Positions 1-6,608 of a stretch of DNA of 10,411 bases are shown here, piece by piece. Source of the stretch: Promethearchaeota archaeon (lineage in GTDB: Archaea; Asgardarchaeota; Lokiarchaeia; Sigyniarchaeales; SOKP01); contig JAEOSU010000098.1 in NCBI GenBank assembly GCA_016840165.1, forward strand, positions 1 to 10,411, read 5' to 3'. Each line of letters opens with the position of its first letter. Position 1 is the first letter of the stretch. The position numbers were made by a program, and so were the translations under genes. The notes under the pieces are model-generated. The model saw only the letters and a program-made list of their open reading frames with translations, did not search any database and was not told where the DNA came from.

Positions 1-403
1 AATAGAAGTATATGACACAAGTCATATTGCAAATATTATGGATTTAGTTGACATGAGTGTTTTTGAGCCGAACGAAAAACTTCACTTTAGTATAGTGTTA
101 GGCATTAAAGGTGGTGCACCTGCAACAGTTAGAAACCTGTTAAATATGGTTGATCTTCTCCCTGAGGGCTCTACATGGCAAGTAGTAACTATTGGCAGGT
201 ATAATCTCAGAACAACCATGATAGCTATGTGCATGGGGGGCAATATTAGAACAGGTCTTGAAGATACTGTTTATTACCGTAAAGGCGAACTTGTAGAAAA
301 TAATGCGCAATTAGTAAAAAGAATGGTAAGATTAGCAAAAGAAATGGGAAGAGAGCCAGCTACTCTGGATGAAGCAAAAGAAATTTTAGGTTTAAAAAGA
401 TAA
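1..403 (+). CDS. Beta-keto acid cleavage enzyme (BKACE/DUF849; 3-keto-5-aminohexanoate cleavage enzyme-like), 5' end outside window
   Basis: Frame is open from position 2 (IEVYDTSHIANIM...), so the ATG at 38 is internal. Family motifs EVYDxxH, FSIVLGIKGG, GGNIRTGLEDT and NAQLVKRMVRLAKEMGREPATLDEAKEILGL are present. TAA at 401-403. Confidence 0.88.
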   Translation, partial: IEVYDTSHIANIMDLVDMSVFEPNEKLHFSIVLGIKGGAPATVRNLLNMVDLLPEGSTWQVVTIGRYNLRTTMIAMCMGGNIRTGLEDTVYYRKGELVENNAQLVKRMVRLAKEMGREPATLDEAKEILGLKR

Positions 404-411
404 TAAATACG

Positions 412-418
412 TTTTTTT
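412..418 (+). terminator. Possible archaeal oligo-T terminator
   Basis: T7 run 8 nt after the BKACE stop codon, in a convergent intergenic region. Confidence 0.35.
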
Positions 419-464
419 ATTCGAATTCAAAGTCAAAACATATTATTCTCGGGAATAATTTTAT

Positions 465-1451
465 TTACCAGATATGATGAACTGTTTTTTTAATATATTT
501 TTCATAGATTTCTTGAATTTGAACCATTTGATCATTTGATAAAGGCTCTAAATCTGAAGCTTGAATGTTTGATTCAACATGGGATGCCCGACTTGCACCA
601 GGAATGATTGAAGAAACAGCATTAAACATTAAAATCCACCGTAATGCATAAGGAGCAAGATTTTCAGGATTTCCAAAAACTTTCTTTATTTCTTCAACAG
701 CTTTTAATCCTATTTCATAATCCACTCCCGAAAATGTTTCACCTTTATCAAATACTTGTCCATTCCTGTTAAAAGATCTATGATCTCCCTCTTTAAATAT
801 AGTATTCTTAGTAAATTTTCCCGTAAGTAATCCACTTGCTAATGGAACACGAACAATAATGCCGATGTTTTTCTTTTTAGCTTGCTCAAAAAATAATTCG
901 CTTGGTCTTTGTCGAAACACATTAAAAATAATTTGTACAGTTGATAAATTTGGAAATTCAATAGCTTTTAATGCCTCTTCAACTTTTTCCACACTTACAC
1001 CATAATTTTGAATTTTCCCTTCATCTTTCAAGGAATCCAAAATATCAAAGACCATTGGCCTATAATATACTGCTGTTGGAGGACAGTGAAGTTGAAGTAA
1101 ATCAATTGTCTCAATTTCCATATTCTTTAAACTATCATCAACAAATTTTCTAATATTTTCCTCATTATATCCTTCAGTATTATGAGGATTTAATCGTCTA
1201 CCACATTTGGTTGCAACATAGACTTTTTCATTACTAGATTTTGAGAAATTACCACAAAAGTGTTCGCTTTGGCCTTCCTTATACACATCAGCAGTATCAA
1301 AGAAATTGATTCCATTGGAAACTGCTGTAGATAGTGTATTTTGAGCTATAGTTTTATCAAATGGTTCTCCCCATTTACCTCCTAATTGCCATGTTCCAAT
1401 TGATACCTCTGAAACTTTATATCCTGTTTTTCCTAAAACTCTATATTTCAT
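465..1451 (-). CDS. Aldo/keto reductase (NAD(P)H-dependent, about 328 aa)
   Basis: The typical N-terminus MKYRVLGKTGYKVSEVSIGTWQLGG begins at ATG 1451, preferred over the GTG at 1478. Catalytic tetrad contexts are FDTADVY, VATKCG and LQLHCP. Also has PLASGLLTGK and IIPGAS motifs. Confidence 0.93.
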   Translation of the reverse strand: MKYRVLGKTGYKVSEVSIGTWQLGGKWGEPFDKTIAQNTLSTAVSNGINFFDTADVYKEGQSEHFCGNFSKSSNEKVYVATKCGRRLNPHNTEGYNEENIRKFVDDSLKNMEIETIDLLQLHCPPTAVYYRPMVFDILDSLKDEGKIQNYGVSVEKVEEALKAIEFPNLSTVQIIFNVFRQRPSELFFEQAKKKNIGIIVRVPLASGLLTGKFTKNTIFKEGDHRSFNRNGQVFDKGETFSGVDYEIGLKAVEEIKKVFGNPENLAPYALRWILMFNAVSSIIPGASRASHVESNIQASDLEPLSNDQMVQIQEIYEKYIKKTVHHIW

Positions 1452-1753
1452 AATATTAATCTTGAGATATTGAAACACTTAATAAAATGAATATCGAATA
1501 TTAAAAAATTATATAATAATTGTTAGAATAATAATTTTTTGATAAATTTGTCTATTCATAATTGAAAACTTACATACAATTTAATAAAATGTTTATATAC
1601 AATTTCTAAATAATTGCATTTACGATTGCTTATTTTCTTGATGAGGATATGTATAAATTTCTAACAATCCTTACTTTTATTATATTACAATTTATTTTTG
1701 ATATTTTAATAATATTTTTTGGACGAATAGCAGAAAGTGGGGATTAGACTGGA

Positions 1754-1996
1754 ATGTATGACATTTTTTTCGCTATTGGTGAAAAATTGTGCGATTTCAT
1801 CAAATATGTAATCCTAATTGGAAGCTTTCCAAGTCCTTTTGTAGCGTTAATTTGTAGCGTAATTGGATTTAAAAAGGATGATTCACCTGGTTTAGCAAAA
1901 GCAGGTTTCGCGCTTGGAATTCCAGAAGCCACAATAGTTATAATTATATTTTTAATTTACATTTTATCATTGATGCTTCAATTTCTTTCTTTCTAA
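1754..1996 (+). CDS. Small hypothetical membrane protein (80 aa, about 2 hydrophobic segments); may be the 3' part of a longer interrupted gene starting at 1649
   Basis: Hydrophobic stretches YVILIGSFPSPFVALICSVIGF and AGFALGIPEATIVIIIFLIYILSLML. An in-frame hydrophobic ORF upstream (1649-1747) is separated only by TAG 1745-1747. Confidence 0.55.
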   Translation: MYDIFFAIGEKLCDFIKYVILIGSFPSPFVALICSVIGFKKDDSPGLAKAGFALGIPEATIVIIIFLIYILSLMLQFLSF

Positions 1997-2061
1997 TTCC
2001 TTATCCTTTCGAGGGTAATCCATTGCAAAAGAAATTTTGGGTTTAAAAAGATAAAAAATTC

Positions 2062-2472
2062 ATATTTCTGTAGAAAAGTTGTTAAAGGTGTTGTTCAAGC
2101 TAAATCCTCGCGTAGAATGGCACATCTAAGAGTTGTTGCCCCATAGGTTGTGTTTAAATAATCTTCAAGGTTTAGGTAGTAGGATAACAATTCTATTGCC
2201 AATACTGTACTATTAAGTGGCATAATCCTAAAGAAATATTTGTATCTATTGTGCCAGACACGAACATTATCGGTAAAAACTCCAGTGGATACTCCAGTAC
2301 TTATAAGAGGTATTTGGGCATCCATTATAATTTCTTGGTAAGCTAGTAAAGCTTCAGCGCGAAAGCCTCCAGTGACAAAATGAAGGTTATGAATGTTAAT
2401 CATTCTATTAGCAGCTTCGACCCCTTTAGATACAATAAGAATGGGATCTGATTCTTCAGTATCTTCAGATAC
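2062..2472 (-). pseudogene. Internal fragment of a paralog of the adjacent ABC-type substrate-binding protein
   Basis: Translation VSEDTEESDPILIVSKGVEAANRMINIHNLHFVTGGF...IMDAQIP...RYKYFFRIMPLN...CAILREDLA*TTPLTTFLQKY aligns by eye with VAENTNEVYGTVTKGIEAAENIINNHHPHFITGGY...VMDNKIP...RYKYFFRVMPIN...TAIIRDENFAFDGIANAIKSF of the 2544-4736 protein. Similarity starts upstream of the ATG at 2403 and appears to continue past TGA 2095-2097. No signal peptide or C-terminal half. Confidence 0.8.
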
Positions 2473-2543
2473 TTCATATTTTTCTTTAGTAATTTCCTCA
2501 TATGGAGCTTATTTGTACCCGTGTTCCTTTATTAGTAAGAATC

Positions 2544-4736
2544 TCACTTTTTAAGTTTATGTTCATTTTTTCTCTTTTCAAGTTTATGCTCATTTTTTCT
2601 CTTTTTAAGTTTACTCTTAAGTTTAGGATATTTTTTAACTAAAACAATAGATGCTACGCCGACAACAGAACTAATCGATACTATAAATATAACAGTCATG
2701 TCAAAAGGTAATTGAACAACTATACACACATTGTTAGATAAGGTATATCCCATTTCATTATATGCTGCCACCGCAAAATAATATTTTCCATTGGTTAATC
2801 CAGTAAGAGAAAATGGCGACTGTGCAGTTTGATTAGCAAATAATGTAAGACTATCATTTATAGTTGTAATTTTACTAATATGCCTATATACAGAATAATT
2901 ATTAGCTCTCAAAGAATCAGTCCAAATTAGATCAAAATTACCATCAGTATCTGTTGGTTTAACAGCATTATCAGTTAAAAGAAAAGGCCCCGGTCCTGGG
3001 ATATTTACGTGAAAATCATTCGAAGACATTGTTTCACCGGTTTCATTATATGCGACGACCCGAAAATAATAATCTCCTTTTTTCAAAGACATTTGAAACG
3101 GGGGTGATGCAGTTTGATAGGCAAGTAAGTCAAATTTCTTACTTATATAGGTAAAGGGATTATCAGACATGTATATAGAATAATTATCTGCGCCCTCAGA
3201 GTCTGTCCAAGTTAGATTAAATTTACCATCATAATCAGGAGTCCCAGCAGTACTACTCATTGTGAAGTTTCTTGGTGGTTGGGGTGGATTAGTAAGAAGA
3301 CCATTAAGCCCCCAATACGGAAGTCTTAACGAGCCTGTTGCGATTGAATCGGGATAACCCGCAGGGGCGACGGGTAAAAATGTTTTATGTGGAACAACTT
3401 CCTTAGTTCCATCGATATATTTAAATTGACAGAATAAGCTATACCCAAAAGGCCAACCATATTTCAAATCATGAGAGGGTGTAAAAGCGCCATAACCACC
3501 AGCCCCAGCATAAGGATTTGTACTATTGATTTTTTCCAAAGCTGATACTGTTACATCAGGATCAAATGTTTGGGTCTTATTAACCGTTTGTACTAATAAT
3601 TTAACGGCATCATAAGATCCTGCACCCGTATATAATGGTTCAATATCGTATTCATTGACATAACGAGTAAAGAAGGGAATTGTCAATGGAGTTTTTGATG
3701 TATTATAGATACCTTGTAATACAATCTCAAACTGACACGCTCCTTCAACATAATCCCAATCTGTATTTAATTGTCCAAAATGACTGTAACTGACAATTAA
3801 GCACTGAGGTTGCAATTGTTTATATGTTTGAGCCATTAATTTTCCGAAATGAGGAGAATCTCCAAACATCGAACAGACTACTTGAACTCCCGTAGATTCA
3901 ATTTGATTCCAATAATTGATGAAATCTGTTGCTGTAGCATCAAACGGAACTATAGTGTCATTTAAAACTGATATACCAAATGTAGGAAGAAAACTTTTGA
4001 TTGCATTAGCAATCCCATCAAAAGCGAAATTTTCATCGCGGATTATGGCGGTCTTGTTTACTATTCCAGCATCTATACTGTTTAGATAATAACCAAGGTA
4101 AATAAGGTAACTTACTAAATCAGTTACTAAAGAGCCGAAATTTATGGGCATGACTCTAAAAAAATACTTATATCGTTCATAATCATCTAGTACATTTTGA
4201 CAAAGTTCCATTCCGGCTGCTGCAGTTCCAAGAAATGGAATTTTATTATCCATCACTACGTCTAAATACTGATAGAGAAAATCTGAATATCCTCCAGTGA
4301 TGAAATGAGGGTGGTGATTATTAATTATATTTTCAGCAGCTTCAATTCCTTTAGTTACCGTTCCATACACTTCGTTGGTATTTTCTGCAACAAGCCCTAC
4401 ATAATAATTATTTCCATTTATTAAGATACCCCCTTCCTCATTAACTTCTCTTGCTGCGAGTAATGCTCCCTTCCAGGCATGGTCTCCTGTAAAATGATTC
4501 ATGTCATCTAATAACCCAATTTTCACTATCCGGTCTACGGGTACGGATTCTGAAATACCAGGAACAGTGTATGACCCTACAATGATATCAGATAAAAAAG
4601 GTTCACTATTGCCCATAAATTTCTTATTATAATCGTTAGAATAACCAATATTTCCTTGTAAAAAGGAAGTAGATAATAAAATCGCAAGAAAAGATAAAAT
4701 TAACCATTTTTTTTTAATTATCATCGCATATTCCAT
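2544..4736 (-). CDS. Branched-chain amino-acid-type (LivJ/PBP type 1) substrate-binding protein with two FN3-like repeats and a C-terminal TM anchor
   Basis: N-terminal signal (KKKWLILSFLAILLSTSFL). PBP1 motifs VKIGLL, GALLAAREVNEEGGI, YKYFFRVMP and SYDAVKLL. Two ~95-aa repeats, then TM VIFIVSISSVVGVASIVLV and a lysine-rich tail. Many NxS/T sequons. Confidence 0.85.
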   Translation of the reverse strand: MEYAMIIKKKWLILSFLAILLSTSFLQGNIGYSNDYNKKFMGNSEPFLSDIIVGSYTVPGISESVPVDRIVKIGLLDDMNHFTGDHAWKGALLAAREVNEEGGILINGNNYYVGLVAENTNEVYGTVTKGIEAAENIINNHHPHFITGGYSDFLYQYLDVVMDNKIPFLGTAAAGMELCQNVLDDYERYKYFFRVMPINFGSLVTDLVSYLIYLGYYLNSIDAGIVNKTAIIRDENFAFDGIANAIKSFLPTFGISVLNDTIVPFDATATDFINYWNQIESTGVQVVCSMFGDSPHFGKLMAQTYKQLQPQCLIVSYSHFGQLNTDWDYVEGACQFEIVLQGIYNTSKTPLTIPFFTRYVNEYDIEPLYTGAGSYDAVKLLVQTVNKTQTFDPDVTVSALEKINSTNPYAGAGGYGAFTPSHDLKYGWPFGYSLFCQFKYIDGTKEVVPHKTFLPVAPAGYPDSIATGSLRLPYWGLNGLLTNPPQPPRNFTMSSTAGTPDYDGKFNLTWTDSEGADNYSIYMSDNPFTYISKKFDLLAYQTASPPFQMSLKKGDYYFRVVAYNETGETMSSNDFHVNIPGPGPFLLTDNAVKPTDTDGNFDLIWTDSLRANNYSVYRHISKITTINDSLTLFANQTAQSPFSLTGLTNGKYYFAVAAYNEMGYTLSNNVCIVVQLPFDMTVIFIVSISSVVGVASIVLVKKYPKLKSKLKKRKNEHKLEKRKNEHKLKK
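2553..2606. repeat. 27-bp tandem duplication (2 copies) encoding (K/E)KRKNEHKL twice
   Basis: aagtttatgttcattttttctcttttc followed by aagtttatgctcattttttctcttttt, with 2 mismatches. Confidence 0.9.
2715..3287 (-). repeat. Two tandem fibronectin type III-like domains (about 3000-3287 and 2715-2999)
   Basis: DGKFNLTWTDSEGADNYSIY...YYFRVVAYNETG..MSSN versus DGNFDLIWTDSLRANNYSVY...YYFAVAAYNEMG..LSN. Both show the FN3-type Trp and YxFxVxAxN pattern. Confidence 0.8.
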
Positions 4737-4904
4737 AGATATATTTTGGTTTCGCTAATAATAGTTAAGATGATTTAAGATAATTTAAAATATAATTATT
4801 TTGCTAATATATAAATATTGATTAAGCTTGTTAAACTTAGATTAAAAGTAAGATAACTATAATTTAATTTAGATGAATTTATAGGTCATTGGTGCTATTT
4901 ATTT

Positions 4905-6437
4905 TTAGAGTTCAATTTTATTATGGCATGCCCAGCATGTTTCGCCTTTTTTCTTCAAAACAGTAGCACATTTCATGCAATAATAAGTCTCACATTCAGG
5001 ACATATATATACAGCACCTACGATTTTACCTCTATGAACGACACAAAAATGTTTCTCTTTTTCTACGCTGACCTCTGCTTCAGTTCTTTGTAATTCTCTT
5101 GTCTCTTGAGCAATTTTCGGAAAAAATTTTCTTTTAAAAAACAATATCCCAAAGGAAATTATTAGGATGAGAAAAGCTATTAATGCAATGACGATGGTCT
5201 CAAAAGGAAATCTATCAGGAGGATCTAATGTGTCAGGAATCCCTACATTATCCTTAAAATAATTTCCATTACAATTTAATTCATAACATAAATTATAGGT
5301 AAGATTATTTCCAATGATATTATTATGATTAGATTCATTAAGAAATAAGCCAATAGTGTTATTAAAAATGTTATTATCTGATATATCTGTGTTATTAGTA
5401 TTTTCCAAATAGATTCCGATTTCATTATTATTTACATTATTATTAGCGATATTATTATTTACAGAGTCTAATAAAACGATTCCAGTATTAATATTGTAAG
5501 TCGCATTATTTCCAAAGATTACATTATCCATTCCACCCTCTAAATGAATTCCGTATTCATTAGAATTAATTTCATTCATTGAGGTTGTAATACTCTCACT
5601 ATTATCTATTTCTATCCCCGAGTAATCGTTATTATATATTTCATTATTACTAATAACATTATGATGGCAATCAACGTCATATATTCCAGAATTATTATTG
5701 CTATAAATTTTATTATCTAAAATGTTGTTTCCACGGCTCACGTATAGATGTATACCATTATTATAATTATTATTTACTATATTATGGGAAATATTATTAC
5801 CTGGTGGATCATTATTAGCTAAAAAAATACCATCATTATTATGGCTAATATTATTTAAGGTAATTATATTACTCGCGCTTAATGACGTCCTTAACCCATA
5901 TTGGTCATTGTTATTAACAATGTTTCCAGAAATGCTGTTATCATTACTCCATTTTAAAGATATCCCGTTGGCATTATTGTATGAGCAGTTGTTATCAAAT
6001 ACTTTTCCATTGTTAACAAACATTAAGTTGATTCCTCCATCTTCATCCGAAGAAGATCCAGAACGATATAATGTACAATTTCTAATTATAAAATATTTAT
6101 TGGATCTTCTAATCTCGATACAACTCCCCGAACCTTGGCCATCAATCGTAATATTTTCAATGATAAAAGGATTAATCTGAGACCCATTACCTCTACACCA
6201 ATCGTTATCAGCGGCGGTTTTACTCCAATTATAATTTGGGTCAGAATCATCTATATAAATTGGAGATCCCGTAAGATCCCAATAATTTGCAGAATTTGGG
6301 TTCTTTTCTATTTGATTCTCTGGTTTGAAAAACATTTCTACACTAGTTGAGCGAGAGTATGAATTAACTGAATTTATTAAAAGTGAAACTTGAATTAAAG
6401 TAGTAATTATAATAGCAATTCTTTTAGTTGATTTCAT
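4905..6437 (-). CDS. Single-pass surface protein: NosD/CASH right-handed parallel beta-helix, TM helix and cytoplasmic 8-ligand zinc finger
   Basis: Signal-like N-terminus. About 22-aa Asn-rich PbH1 repeats (GIxLxxSxxNxIxxNxIxNN). TM IVIALIAFLILIISFGILFF (about 5136-5195) followed by KRK. C-terminal CVVH-x10-CPEC-x4-CMKC-x10-CWAC. Confidence 0.88.
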   Translation of the reverse strand: MKSTKRIAIIITTLIQVSLLINSVNSYSRSTSVEMFFKPENQIEKNPNSANYWDLTGSPIYIDDSDPNYNWSKTAADNDWCRGNGSQINPFIIENITIDGQGSGSCIEIRRSNKYFIIRNCTLYRSGSSSDEDGGINLMFVNNGKVFDNNCSYNNANGISLKWSNDNSISGNIVNNNDQYGLRTSLSASNIITLNNISHNNDGIFLANNDPPGNNISHNIVNNNYNNGIHLYVSRGNNILDNKIYSNNNSGIYDVDCHHNVISNNEIYNNDYSGIEIDNSESITTSMNEINSNEYGIHLEGGMDNVIFGNNATYNINTGIVLLDSVNNNIANNNVNNNEIGIYLENTNNTDISDNNIFNNTIGLFLNESNHNNIIGNNLTYNLCYELNCNGNYFKDNVGIPDTLDPPDRFPFETIVIALIAFLILIISFGILFFKRKFFPKIAQETRELQRTEAEVSVEKEKHFCVVHRGKIVGAVYICPECETYYCMKCATVLKKKGETCWACHNKIEL

Positions 6438-6592
6438 GAAAATCTCAATTTATCAATACAATAGTTTTACGAGTTTTTTGACGTATTTGTAATTTCTTAA
6501 GATTATCTTATTACTATTAATTTTAAAAATTTAACGAAAATAAAACTACTTTAGTAGATTCAATACTTCTTTACTATTTAGAATAAAAAATT

Positions 6593-6604
6593 AAAAAAAA
6601 AAAA
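6593..6604 (-). terminator. Oligo-T (T12 on - strand) terminator-like tract after the MFS gene
   Basis: A12 on the + strand, starting 5 nt downstream of the MFS TAA (6609-6611). Confidence 0.5.
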
Positions 6605-6608
6605 GTAA

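Noticed and set aside
971-1153. 60-aa + strand ORF
   Set aside because: Antisense shadow within the aldo/keto reductase, with no recognisable motif.
1744-1932. 62-aa - strand ORF
   Set aside because: Antisense to the more protein-like hydrophobic + strand ORF.
2095-2097. Selenocysteine or BHB intron at the TGA of the SBP fragment
   Set aside because: It aligns to a non-Cys region, no BHB is visible, and the fragment is truncated at both ends anyway.
2547-2561. Eukaryote-like di-lysine ER retrieval signal at the C-terminus (HKLKK)
   Set aside because: It does not fit KKxx or KxKxx because position -3 is Leu. The positive-inside rule explains the lysines.
5300-6010. Repetitive attatt/ttatta-rich DNA as a possible CRISPR or satellite array
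   Set aside because: Explained by Asn/Ile codons of the beta-helix repeats. There is no constant repeat-spacer structure.
5908-6350. Two + strand ORFs (90 aa and 71 aa)
   Set aside because: Antisense shadows of the beta-helix gene.
4905-6437. True nosD of nitrous oxide reductase maturation
   Set aside because: No nosZ/F/Y genes nearby. Only the generic beta-helix fold is shared and the architecture differs.
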